In this document: piece after piece, positions 29,229 to 41,912 of the stretch | Layout of the letters: each line of letters starts with the position of its first letter | Numbering within the stretch: position 1 is the first letter of the stretch | Assembly: GCA_964016885.1 (NCBI GenBank) | Contig: OZ024746.1 | Location: forward strand, 34,844,001-34,908,000 | Direction: 5' to 3' | Source of the DNA: Eledone cirrhosa | Lineage: Eukaryota | Length of the DNA stretch: 64,000 nt | Notes under the pieces: generated by a model | What the model saw: only the letters and a program-made list of their open reading frames with translations | Databases searched by the model: none | What the model was told of the DNA's origin: nothing | Position numbers and translations under genes: made by a program

Positions 29229-29642
29229 AGGCGGTGGATTGGCCATATCGGTAGAGGTTTCGACGCCATGTTTTGCAGCATAGAGTTACGGCCGTTTATG
29301 ATCTGAGTTTAAATCCCGCCGAGGTTAACTTTGCCTTTCATCCTTACGCGGTCGATAAAATAAAGTACCAGTCACGCACTGGAGTCAATTTAATCGACGT
29401 TCCCCTCCCCCAAAGTTGCAGGCTTTGTGCCTATATAAGAAACATTGTATTTGTCAGGCAGGTAACATTATATTTGTCGGAGGTTTGGCAGTATCGGTAG
29501 AGGGTTGGACGCCATGCTTTGACGCATATAGTTCAAATCCCGCCGAGGTTCACTTTGCCTTTCATCCTTTCGGGGTCGATAAAATAAAGTACCAGTAATA
29601 CACTGGGTATTTGCTGGCTTTGTGCAAAATGTAGAAACAATT
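29229..29642 (+). mobile_element. Two tandem Nin/Deu-domain tRNA-SINE copies
   Basis: Each has tggcagtatcggtagag, gttcaaatcccgccgagg and tttgcctttcatcc..ggtcgataaaataaagtaccagt. Confidence 0.85.
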
Positions 29643-30868
29643 ATATTTGTCAGGCAAGTATTTCAAAAATAATCTTGACAGGAAAATTATTGTCGATATC
29701 TGAATTCTAATCTCTCTAATGTTACTTCCCTCACCATCAATAATAGCAAAATATCAATTCCACATTATGGTTTGCAACATGGTTTCGTCGAAGCAACAAA
29801 AAGTGTCACTACACACTCTAAAACTAGTTGGGAAAATTACCCTGTTTTTAATTCTATATTTTGAATATAGAAATCATATACCGGGTAATGTGCTTTTAGA
29901 TATATTAAATGATATAATAGCGTGCCTGCTTGTTTATTTGGGTTCATCTGGTTCTAAAAATGTACAAAACATAGCTAAGGTGTTAGTCAATTTTTAATCA
30001 TATTGCTCCGAATTTTGTAGTTGTCGTCGTCCTTTTGATCCACACTACGTCAGTCATAACCAATCAGCCCTCGGACAAATTAGCCACAACTTTGACCAAA
30101 ACGTCAGCGTTTTTAAGTATGAATTTTCGAGGACTGCATTAAGTAACGTGTATTAAGACAGATTGCCTTTAACGTTGAATAGTATTTTTAGTTGAATGAA
30201 TTGAGTGGTTAATGGCCTTATCTTTAGGTTTGTTGACATGCATAAAAGGTGCGTTTCTACTCACATCACAGATAGCCGTAAATATACATCGTGAGAGGTA
30301 TGTAGGATTGTTGTATAAACAAGAAACATTGTCCAATTCTGGAACAAAACTGTGTGGATTTAGAGATAACATTATGTATGAACAAAATATAGAAAATTGT
30401 GAGAAATTCTAAAGATTCCTCGCTCCATATTTACTTATATACTGATTATTTACACACAATCCCAAAATAAGTACATAAACACACTCACACAATCACACAT
30501 ACGCATGTATATCCTACTGTTTGTACAATACAGAAATGATTGTAGATTTTCATGTCAGTATATGCACCATACACACACTTCTAAATAAAATACATATATA
30601 ATCACGTTCATAATGCATATAGACACATGCAGTAACATTCATACGAATGTTCGGTACCAACGTGGCTGAGACAAAGAATGCCTTATCACTTTAACAAATA
30701 CTTGTCCTTGTAAAGAATGAATAAGATTTAGATTGAGTGACAGGCTTTTAATCTATTAAGAAAAACTTAAATAATTTTGAACACGAGAATCTGCTTATAT
30801 ACATAGACACATATAGACTCCTACACACACATGCACCTACTCTTATATTGCATTCATATATATATATG

Positions 30869-31003
<135 letters not shown>

Positions 31004-31098
31004 CTAGTTATGTGCTTTCATAAATACATAAAAGTACATGTAGGATTGTACATAAAATCATACATCTTCGATTTTACTCATTATTATTATGCTTGTTG

Positions 31099-31136
<38 letters not shown>

Positions 31137-31138
31137 CA

Positions 31139-31328
31139 AGGGCGGTGGATTGGCAGTATCGGTAGAGAGTCGGACGCCATGCTTTGACGCATAGAGTTAC
31201 GGCCCTTGCCATTCTGAGTTCAAATCGCATCGAGGTTAACTTTGCCTTTCATCCTTACGGGGTCGATAAAATAAAGTACCAGTAATGTACTGGGTAATTT
31301 CTGGCCTTGTGCCAATAGTAGAAACAAT
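31139..31328 (+). mobile_element. Nin/Deu-domain SINE
   Basis: Same family motifs as 29229-29642. Confidence 0.88.
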
Positions 31329-31367
31329 TATTATTATTATTATTATTTTATATATATATATATATAT

Positions 31368-31569
31368 ATAACGAATGAGTTGTTGTAAGAAACCAGGTAG
31401 ACCATAACGCACCAGAGTACTCAATACTTAGGGTAGCAGAGCGGGTAATAGGAAAATCTATGACCCCGACGGCAGAGCTCGAGCCATTTCGACAGCTATT
31501 TCTGGACTAGTCCAGAAATACCCGTCGAAACGGATTGAGCTGTGCCGTCGGGGTCATACATTTTCCTAT
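31368..31569. mobile_element. Short foldback element family, copy C
   Basis: Full palindrome centred on ggactagtcc (31504-31513), with (TA)n on both sides. Confidence 0.87.
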
Positions 31570-32091
31570 ATATATATATATATATATATTACCTATTAAA
31601 TTACAAGATTGTGAGGAAATTCGTATCCAGCGTTCATTTATTTTTGACATTAAGTTAGGGAGTATGTTATAAAATATATAATTATTGAGACAAGCTGTTT
31701 TCGAACTTGTTTCAATTTATCTTATCCTCTGCTAGATAGCACATCCAACCTCCCATCCTCTTTATGAGTTTATATTCACAACCTGGTTTCCCCTTTATGT
31801 TTCTATGAGGCACGACACTTGTTGAACATTTTAAAACCTTTTTCACTGTCATGTGTAATGTTTCTATATTTCAATAGGCCATGAGGCGGGGGCAGGTGTA
31901 TTGAAGTTGTCATATCCACTTTGCCTACCATGCGCAGTACATGCACCGTACATGCACCGGTTTCAATGCTACATGATGATGTCTGCTAATATTTTAAAGA
32001 ACAGTTTTCTTAGTATTTCTTCCCTGTTGATTTCCTGTTGCTAACTGTAAATGAAATTAAACATTTTTTGCTGAAATATTTAGTGAATCAT

Positions 32092-32824
32092 TCGAGGGAT
32101 ATCAGAAAACAAAGAGGTTTGAGTCGCAAAAATATATATATTGAAATCCAAACTACTCTCTACTAGTTTTCTGCTTAGAAAAAATCTCTCTCCACTCTAA
32201 CCCATCATTCGTTCCCACGCCTTCATGCATTCCTCGAAGGTTTCTCCAAGAAGACTCCATAGCTGCATCGGTATGGCCCCCTTGGTGGATTCCACGTCTG
32301 GAAAACATGTCCCCTTAGCGACCTTTTTTAGCTAGGTGAAAACGAAAATATGACACGAAGCTAGGTCGATTGAGTAAGAAGATCACTCCAGAACGGTGAT
32401 GTTCTTATCGGTGAAGAAATACCAGATGCTCAGTGCGTTGTGTGCCGGCGTACTGTCCTGGGAAACTGCTACCATTTGTACTTTTACCTTCCGCTCCTGG
32501 GGACGTCTTCCAATGTCGTAGCGTCCATCTGTGAACCTTTTTTGCCATTCGAAACCCGTAATGGTGACATCATCTCATCTCGTTATACTTACTGCAGTAT
32601 TTCTAGTGCTTCTTACGGGTTCATCTCTCTGTGCCCATCGCTCAACGGCCTACAGCAGATGTTAACAAAAGCACGTGAACAAACATAAAATAGCTCCAAA
32701 AAGCGGATGTTGCAGCCATATAATCACCGCATCATACGTCATACGGTAACCTATCCGGTTGATCCTTTCCCCAATAATAGTTCACAAAGCACAGTAAATG
32801 CAGGTACTTTTCTGACACACCTAT
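32092..32824 (-). mobile_element. Internally deleted, decayed mariner transposon
   Basis: Minus-strand fragments VFEWQKRFTDGR..EDVPRSGR (HTH region) and PAHNALS..NITVLE*SSYSIDLASC..LKK..KG..F.DVE (YSPDL-like motif). TIR remnants gagggatatcagaaaa / ttttctgacacacct. Confidence 0.85.
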
Positions 32825-33090
32825 ATTTCCGGCTCTGTGGCACTTTGACAACTTAAGAATAAATAGACAGCTATTAGAATGTCAATAAACTTGCAGAGCC
32901 GTATTTGTTATATTTTTTGAGACAGTCATTGTTTTCTAAAGTGGGTGTATTTTTTAAATAACACTTATTATTTTCCCTACCCGCGATAGATTACAACTTA
33001 AGCACATCCATCCGAAATCAAGATTATGGTAATGTATGTGAAATAGTCAACACTATGGTCAGTATGGCTGATAAGATTCAGTAGCATTAT

Positions 33091-33280
33091 GAGCGGTGGA
33101 TTGGCAGTATCGGTAGAGGGTCGGACGCCATGCTTTCCAGCATAGTTACGTCCCTTTACGATCTGAGTTCAAATCCTGCCGAGGTTGACTTTGCCTTTCA
33201 TCCTTACGGGGTCGATAAAATAAAGTACCAGTAATGCACTGGGTAATTGCTGGCCTTGTGCCGAAAGTAGAAACAATTAT
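33091..33280 (+). mobile_element. Nin/Deu-domain SINE
   Basis: Same family motifs. Confidence 0.88.
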
Positions 33281-34419
33281 GAGATGCAGGAAAAATGTAA
33301 GCAGATACGCTGCTATCAAATTACATTTTTTGTGTTTCCGGTTGCAACATGATAAACACAGTAAATGGAAACATAATACAATCTTCGTAAAAAGAGTATT
33401 ATCTCCTTTCAGCTTTAGAAACCTAAAATACTGCATGGGAATGTATTGCAACAGCAATAAGTGCAGATAAGCAGCAGCTTTGAGGTCAAAGCCGACACTA
33501 CATTGTTTATTCTGTAAGTGTTCACCATCAACATGTTAGGGGGCCTTTCAACATCGCTTGAGCAGCAGAAAAGATTCCCTTCTCCATATTACTACCGATT
33601 TCCCTTCAAATGAAAGCCTCTCGATATTCCATCAAATATCAGACTGATTGTAATATCAGAGAAAAATGAAAATTGAAATTAACAGACAGAGAAACAGACT
33701 AAACAAGCGGTATCATAGAAAGCTGCCCTTAAACTGTACGTGTCAAAATATACAGTGCAGTCATAACTTTTGGTAATGTGTCCCTAGATGGACTCTGCGA
33801 AGTTTGCTGCAATATATTTTTCTTCTTATAATCCATGGAGTGAGCACCGACCTAGATCTACACGAAGTACTTGCGAAAATGTTTAGATAAGAATATATAT
33901 AAAAACAAAATGAAAAGAATATATATAAAAACAATAAAATGAAAAGAATATATATAAAAACGATAAAATGAAAAGATGTAGATGATATAACTAAACACAT
34001 ATACAGAAACAATCGTATGTAAGAACGTTCCCACCCACACATACAAATGATTTTCAGAGATTTCCATATCTTAATATTTTTCTCAACACAAACGTTTATG
34101 CATGAATATAAATGTTGGCTTCAGTATTAATCATTTACCCTCCATTAACATTCTACAAAAACAAGCTTCTCTTCACGTTACATGCTTTGTAACTTGATGT
34201 GCTCCATACAATGAAGTAGAATTCACCTCTCTACCTGCTAAGTATAGTAGTAATGGTAATAATAAAATAAAGTGCATTTGTGTGCAGAGTCATCATATAC
34301 TGTTCTCCAGTTTAGTATAATTTAGTATTGTGTTGTTTTGAGCTATGTAATTTTTATTATGAAATAATTATAACAACCCTTTCAGAAATAAGTGGGCGAA
34401 GAACGAGGAAAGGGAGTGG

Positions 34420-34428
34420 TAGAAGAAG

Positions 34429-34460
<32 letters not shown>

Positions 34461-34945
34461 TATCATGATGTCGATGATTATGGTGCTGCTGGTGATGAAG
34501 ATGGAGAGGACGATGCCCATGATTATGATGAAAATTACGATGGTGCAGATGATTCTAATGAGGCATTATATAGGATTAAGGGGATTTGTTTAATGCGGAA
34601 TTATATTGAATATGTAATGATATTATAGAATATCATCGTTATACTCATCATTAACTTCATAACGATAGGAATCATAATTTTCATTATCATCATCGCTTTC
34701 AGCATGATCATGATTAGGATCATCACCAGGGAAATAATGATGATAGTCATCATTATCAATTTGATGATATTTGTAATGAGGATAATAAGTATAATGATCT
34801 TCATTCTCATTCATCATAGTGTCTTCTGCTTTATAATAATTATCATCATCATAATGATCATTATTGCTAATCTTTGACAACGTTCATAACAGTCGTGAGT
34901 AGGAATAAGATTATCCTCATTGTAATCATCATTATATGATGATGC
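34420..34945. repeat. (GAA)n and decayed (GAT)n/(CAT)n trinucleotide field
   Basis: Direct reading. It explains the E/D-rich and I/M-rich pseudo-ORFs. Confidence 0.9.
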
Positions 34946-35599
34946 TTCTCCTGCTACTTCTGCTACAGTCACTGGTCCTGATGTTACTACTGCTCTTACC
35001 ACCTTTGCTAGCAGAGGTGGAGCTGAATGACCAGGAGAAGGATCAGGATTGTGATGGGAAGAAGAACGGATGGAAACTTAGAATATCGGAACGGAATATA
35101 GTTTGAGGAATATAATAGTTTATACATTTATGTTCCCATCCATTTTATCATTCTTTTTCTTTTAAATGAAGATTATCGTTCCCGATAGTCTTATCTTTGA
35201 TGTATTTCCTGTGACCCAAGCCATACGGCAAGCACATATCAGTCAAAACTTACCTTCTCTATTTAATGTTTTTAACATTTTGGTTCGAAATTCATCCTCT
35301 CCAGAGGCCTTGAAATCTGGAGCGCTTTATTTCCTTCAGTGACTTTATATTCTGTGAGGTTAGTATTCACTCCTAACTGCGCCTCATGTACACCAGGATT
35401 GCCATATCCAGCCGGGTTGGAAATGAGAGCAAGACAAGCGGATGTTACATCTGTCAGCTTATACTAACAGACGGCATATTGCTATTTATGTCACATGAGT
35501 CTGCAAATAACTAAAGGCTGATTTATTGACAAATCTTCATCTCTCTTAATGCGAGCATCCAGCACAGAGACAATGAAAAACGCAATACAATTTCCCTAT

Positions 35600-35850
35600 G
35601 TATAGATGGATCTGTCTTTAAATCCTCTATGATAAGGTCTATGCTAGGTGTCTGGCAAAGAGTTGTAGCGATGTTGTCGAAGTTATCTGACAAGCAATGG
35701 GGTTTTGGCCAAGCACCAATCACAGCTGAGCAAATACTCAGTTTGTGACATAACTTCGATAAATCGTGGGATTATTGCCAAGAGGTGCATGCAGAGAAAG
35801 GCATACCACCGCGTTCCTCGGGATTAATTGTGGAATCGTGAGTAGGGAAT
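35600..35850 (+). pseudogene. RTE-type LINE RT fragment
   Basis: KVYARCLAK, QWGF, TAEQILSL, DKSWDY and EKAYHRVPR. Confidence 0.68.
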
Positions 35851-36478
35851 TGATATGCTTTCTCTTGTTGTCTTGTTATTTGTATATGAGTGCCCTATTT
35901 TTGTTCAGATAAATGCGCCCAATTAAAATGAATTCTCGACACTGGATTCCCCAAAGGCTGTGTATTGTTATCTTTCTTGCTCATAATATTCATGATTATG
36001 ATTGCCATGTGGAGCAGGGTTGGAAATGGCGTAAAAATTATCGGAAGTAGCATCTGTCGGCTAATATTACGAAATGCACATATTTTTATGTATCAGCTAT
36101 GTAGGAGCCAACATTTAAATTCTACATTTTTAAACTGAGCCAGCTTATGCAGCTCCATATGCAAATGAGGCTAATAAGCCCATCTACAGAGGCGAAAAAA
36201 CAATATTTTTTCGCGTGTTTCATGTTCCAGCAGAGAGCTGGGTTAAAAAGAAAATATATATATATATATACATTCTTTCTCCAACATAGCTATATACATG
36301 TAACTATGTGAATTTCGTATATCTAATGATATACGTTATTTTTAATAAATAAACATGTGCTAAGCATTCTAGGTATAAATATTGAAAGACTTATGGCTAG
36401 CACCCTCTAGCGGATTCCAGCATAAGCAATGCGGTCAACAGTCTATATACATATATATATATATGTGTGTGTGTGTGT

Positions 36479-36668
<190 letters not shown>

Positions 36669-36761
36669 GAGTTAAACAAGTTTCAATGAGTACATCAAAG
36701 AATGAGTTTTACAGTACAGTAGATTGGAAGCACTCTACAGTAAAATATTTTCCAGAGTTAT

Positions 36762-37652
36762 TAATATTAAAATACATATATTAATAAAATATATGTTCTT
36801 TTGATCAATTAAATGTTATTATACATATTTCAGAGGTACAACAGTACGTCCTCATCAGACAAAATATAATGATACATGACATACCCTGAGATGTTAAATG
36901 GTTAAGATTTAATCAAGGTAGTGATTAACCTATGAGAAAACTCTACATGTATACCCTAATAATGAGAAAATGCGAAAACGTAATAAATTCAATAGAGAAT
37001 GTATGAGTAAGAAAAACTTGCTTAATGTAACAGTTATAGAGATTTTAAAATGTGGGATATTACAAATTATGTTTATCGAGGAAGACATCTCTGGAATTAT
37101 AATTGTATTACAGTTTATGAAGTCAAATGATAGATGCTTAAAGATAGGGAGAGATAAAGGGGAGTAATTTATGCAGAACATTTTTTCCCCTTAAGGATTA
37201 AACGGTTAAGTTTCAAAATATTTAATTTATGTTATTTAAGGGTGAAGAATCATAATTTTGAATATTTAAAAGTTGATGGATATTTATATTTATTAATTTT
37301 ATAAATTAAATACATTTTTTTTAAAGTGTTACATTTCTAAAATTCTGAATTTAATGAAAACAAAGTTAAACGATTTACTTGGCCCGCGAAAGGAACATTT
37401 ACACTGTTGAATATTTTCTTAGAATGGAATCTTTAATAAAAATTACCTGTAAGAGTGTCAACATTTTCGGTACGTAAAGCTTATGAAGTATTTATTGTTA
37501 GAAATATCGAAAAATATATTGTCAAGTAGATACAGTGTCATGTATCGTTATATTTTGTTTGATGAGGACGTACTGTTGTACATCTGAAATATGTATAATA
37601 ATATTTACTGATCAAAAGAACATCTATTTTATTAATATTTGTGTTTTAATAT
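36762..37652. repeat. Inverted repeat (arms ~36762-36881 and ~37536-37652), each arm carrying an HHR motif
   Basis: Arms are diverged reverse complements. The whole unit lies between TA/CA microsatellites. Confidence 0.85.
36817..36864 (-). ncRNA. Hammerhead motif in the left arm of an inverted repeat (partner 37553-37600, +)
   Basis: ttttgt CTGATGA gga-c-gtac-tgtt-gtac-c-tct GAAA tatg TA taat. Helix I is weak. The partner copy has TTGATGA. Confidence 0.6.
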
Positions 37653-37712
37653 ATATATATATATAAACATATATATATATATATAAACATAGATGTATAT
37701 ATATATATAAAC

Positions 37713-37746
<34 letters not shown>

Positions 37747-38076
37747 ATTTATATAATATATATATATATATATTCATATTTGTATATATATATACAAATG
37801 TGTGTGTGTGTGTGCGTGTGTGTGTATCTGTGTCTGAGTGTATGTGTGAGTGTGTGTCTAGTTCTATGAATATGTGAAAGCACGCTATGTGAATGACTGA
37901 TTTCTAATTACTTTGATTTCAAATTCATATATACGTATGACTGTTTCTCCATATGTTTCTATATCTATACCTATCTTTCTATCGATCGATCTATCTATCC
38001 ATTCTCTTTCTTTCATGATATATATATATATATATATATATATACTATATATGTGTATATATATATATATATACTA

Positions 38077-38143
<67 letters not shown>

Positions 38144-38150
<7 letters not shown>

Positions 38151-38769
38151 TATGTACACGTACATACATAGATGTATACAGACGTACAGTAGTATGTATA
38201 TATATATATACATACATGCACACATATATATATGTACGTATGGATTCACCGAACATTTATTATAATGCTCGGTGTGTTTGTAAACAAACATCCCGTATTA
38301 AGCCGTAGTGTCTAGCAATCATCTTTGCTCGTTTGTTCAACACTGACAAAGGAACGCTGTACTAGTTTCAAGCTTATTAGCTATCGTCAGCAACGTATAC
38401 CTTCCTGCCAGATTGTTGAACGTATATACTTACCTTATGCATATTAACGGCTGGGTACAGTTAATATGCATAATGTAAGTATATACGATCAACAATCTGG
38501 CAGGAAGATATACGTTGCTGACGATAGCTAATAAGCTAATAATGACGATAGCTAATAAGCTAATAATGTCAGTGTTGAAGAAACGAGCAACGATGGTTGC
38601 TAGACACTACGACTTAATACGGGATGTTTGTTTACATACACACCGAGCATTATAATACATGTTCGGTGAATCCATACGTACATATATATATGTGTGCATG
38701 TATGTATATATATATACATACTACTGTACGTCTGTATACATATATGTATGTACGTGTACATACTTATAT
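38144..38769. repeat. ~625 bp palindrome (arms ~305 bp, 11-nt spacer 38449-38459)
   Basis: Arms are near-exact reverse complements except for a rearrangement at about 38538-38567. Confidence 0.95.
38355..38395 (-). ncRNA. Minimal type I hammerhead ribozyme with palindromic loop III
   Basis: cgttg CTGACGA t-agct-aata-agct-t GAAA ctag TA cagcg. Intact core, helix I cgttg/cagcg, CTAG palindrome. Confidence 0.87.
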
Positions 38770-38873
38770 TTAAGTAACAGCCGTACTAAGAGTGGGAAAT
38801 GAAATTTCGTTTCAATTTTTTCCGTTTATGTATATATATACTGTATATATGTATATATATATATATTTATGTG

Positions 38874-38979
<106 letters not shown>

Positions 38980-39015
38980 GTTGAAAATTGCAAACTTGAC
39001 TGTCACCACACATTA

Positions 39016-39054
39016 TGAACCTGAAGATTGCGAAAGCATGAAAGTACTTGTTTA
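39016..39054 (+). ncRNA. Minimal type I hammerhead ribozyme with palindromic loop III
   Basis: tgaac CTGAAGA t-tgc-gaaa-gca-t GAAA gtac TT gttta. Intact core, GNRA loop II, GTAC palindrome, in a ~200 bp island between (TA)n tracts. Confidence 0.83.
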
Positions 39055-39252
39055 ATTAACACTTAACATTTAATGTTCTATTATACTATTTCATTATAAT
39101 ACCATTATAAACTTTAAAGGATTGTAAATAAAACGAGTAAATCAGACAAAGTTGGAATTCCTCTTATTAATATAATCTTCTATACACAATCATACACACC
39201 CGTGTATATTTATCTATATATCTATCTATACATATGTATATACATATATACA

Positions 39253-39320
<68 letters not shown>

Positions 39321-39325
<5 letters not shown>

Positions 39326-39516
39326 AACGAGTAGGACCCCGACGGGTGAGCTCAAGCCGTTTAGACGGCTAATTCTGGACTAGAATTAGCCGTCGAAACG
39401 GCTTGAGCTCAGCCGTCGGGGTCCTACTCGTTCCTATTACCCACTCTACTACCCTAAGTATTGAGTACTTTGGTGCGTTATGGTCACCTGGTTCCTTACC
39501 ACATTTCCTCCGTTAT
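39321..39516. mobile_element. Short foldback element family, copy D
   Basis: Arms ggaacgagtaggaccccgac / gtcggggtcctactcgttcc, with (TA)n on both sides. Confidence 0.87.
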
Positions 39517-39544
39517 ATATATATATATATATACATATATACAG

Positions 39545-39611
<67 letters not shown>

Positions 39612-40289
39612 AAAGAGAGAGAGGGATGTAAACATATAGACCAGTACACGAATATATATGTAAATTGAAATCAAAGTAATCAGCAATCAAGATATCGATC
39701 TTTAAATTAGCGTGTTTACACTTATTCACAGAAACACACACAACCAGACACACATGTGCACACACAAACATAGACACCCACAAACACACATAAACTCAGG
39801 TTTACATATATATGTGCGTGTATGTAGTATCTACGCATGATTGTATTTATGTATGAATGAATATATATAGATACATATGTATGTGAGATTCAAAATCGGT
39901 TTATCATTGTCGTTTTGTTTTTTATTTTTATTTTGAAAGAGGCATCATTGTTGTCGATTAGATGCATAAATAATATCCGAACACCTGACATAGCACATTG
40001 AACGCAAATATTATCGACGAAATGGTGATGAAAGAAAAGGTATATTTTGTCTGATATCAAAGTTGTGTGTATATATATACTATGTTTCTGACAGCGACTG
40101 TGATGAATATTTATGTGATATTTTGTTATGAGATATGATTCTTTGTAATTATGAAAGTGTTATTGCATGTTTTCATTTAAAATGCATACATACACCAATC
40201 AGTATATGGTTGTTAATTGATTTAATATATATATTTATATGTGTGTTAATGTGTGTGTGAATGTTTTAATCACACGCGCCAATTGATTT

Positions 40290-41912
40290 TTAGTTCGATT
40301 TTATTATTAGATAGGCATGGACAGATCACTAGTTCTAAAGATTTACGAATTCAAATTTCACCAAGATCATTCCCATCAATATGCAGATCACTAGCACAAT
40401 ATTTCAAAGGAAAAACCTGTTCACTTGGATATCACCAGACAGTATAACTAAGAACTAAATAGACTTTATAATAGCAAGAAAATATTCAGCAAGACTAAGC
40501 ATATTAGACAGCACTGCTCTTAACACTCCTTATATATCTGACCATTGAATGGTGCACACATGATTTCGTATCAATTCTGTTTGGCCACAAAGAACTAAAG
40601 TATCATCGAACGTTAACTTAGACAAACTCTCATGTAACGTAACAGCAACTCGATTCAAACTCGAGTTGCAAAACCTATTTTCATCTTTCCAATCAGATGA
40701 AGACACCGACAAAATATATGATATTATCTGCAGAGGCGTAAAAGACGTATGTGAAGATATTTCACCTAAGGAAAGCCTTTCCACCCACACAGTCGATGTC
40801 ACAACAAAGAACGAAAGCAATATCTGAAAAAGTAGGATCATAAGAGAATATGGCCACAAATCAGCCCACTATAAAATAGCAAAGAGTGGATCCCAAAGAC
40901 TCGTTAAATCAGGCAAACTTAAGCAAATGTACAACAATTTTGAAGAGCTGAATAACGTACCACCAGACAGGTTACATCAGGCTGTTCTGAAGAAACGAAA
41001 GACGAAACCAAATCCTCTTAACTGGGGCATTAAAGATTGAAACGATACTATTCTTACTTCTAAAGAAGATATCCTTGAACACTGTGCTAAGTTCTATGAT
41101 GAACTGTGCATCAGCAACGCAGGACCAACAACCATTCATGATTCGACATTAGATATCATTCCATCTACCTTAGTTAGTGAGATATTACATGCAATCTAAA
41201 ATCTGAAGCGAGGAAAAAGCCTTGAACTGGACAACATATACTTAGAATTCATCAACGGTGGAGGTAAACCAATCATCAAAGTGCTTCAACATCCTTTTAA
41301 TTGTATTATCACTACAGGAAAAAGCTCAGACATATTCAAGAAATATTGATAGTTGCATTCTACAAAAATTGTAGTAGACATGGTTGCGGGAACTATCGTC
41401 CTATTAACCTATTGAGACATGTTTACAAGCTTTTCATGTGTATGATTGCAACACGAGTGAAGTCAGATCTTTACGTCTCATTTCCTCAAACACAAGCTGT
41501 TTATGAACCGGGAAGAGGCACCCTTCAGCAGATTCTAGCTATTGAACAAATCATTGAGAAATCAATGGAATCCAACACATCACCTTCGTTGAATTCACAA
41601 AAGCTTTTGACTAGGTGAAACTTCCCAGCTTGTGGCAACTCTTAAACAAGACCTCAATTAACAAGAAATATATCAACCTACTGAAAGAAACGTACACCAA
41701 TTCAACAGCTTTTATCAAAATAGATTTGGGAACTACACGATGTATAGCTATCTTGAAGGCAGTTAAGCCGGGGGGTGTTCTATCAGCATTTTCTTTTCTA
41801 TATAATTATATCTGCACTTATCTACCGAACTTTAAAAAAATGCTACTCTGGCTATCAAAAAGTGGCCAAAATCCTATCAAATCTTAGCTATGCAGACGTT
41901 CTGGCTATCATG
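40290..41912 (+). pseudogene. Non-LTR retrotransposon (RTE-like) endonuclease-RT remnant
   Basis: SDH motif near 40537, NYRPINLL..VYKLF, QAVYEPGRGTLQQI..IIEKS, FVEFTKAFD, VKPGGVLS and NLSYAD, with many stops and frameshifts. Truncated by a SINE fragment at ~41915. Confidence 0.88.

Noticed and set aside
33855-33890. Possible decayed HHR (atct acacga..gcGAAA atgt tt agat)
   Set aside because: The core heptamer has several mismatches, so it is compatible with chance.
34392-35002. Acidic E/D-rich ORF and opposite-strand I/M-rich ORFs
   Set aside because: Products of GAA and GAT/CAT trinucleotide repeats, with no domain or splice evidence.
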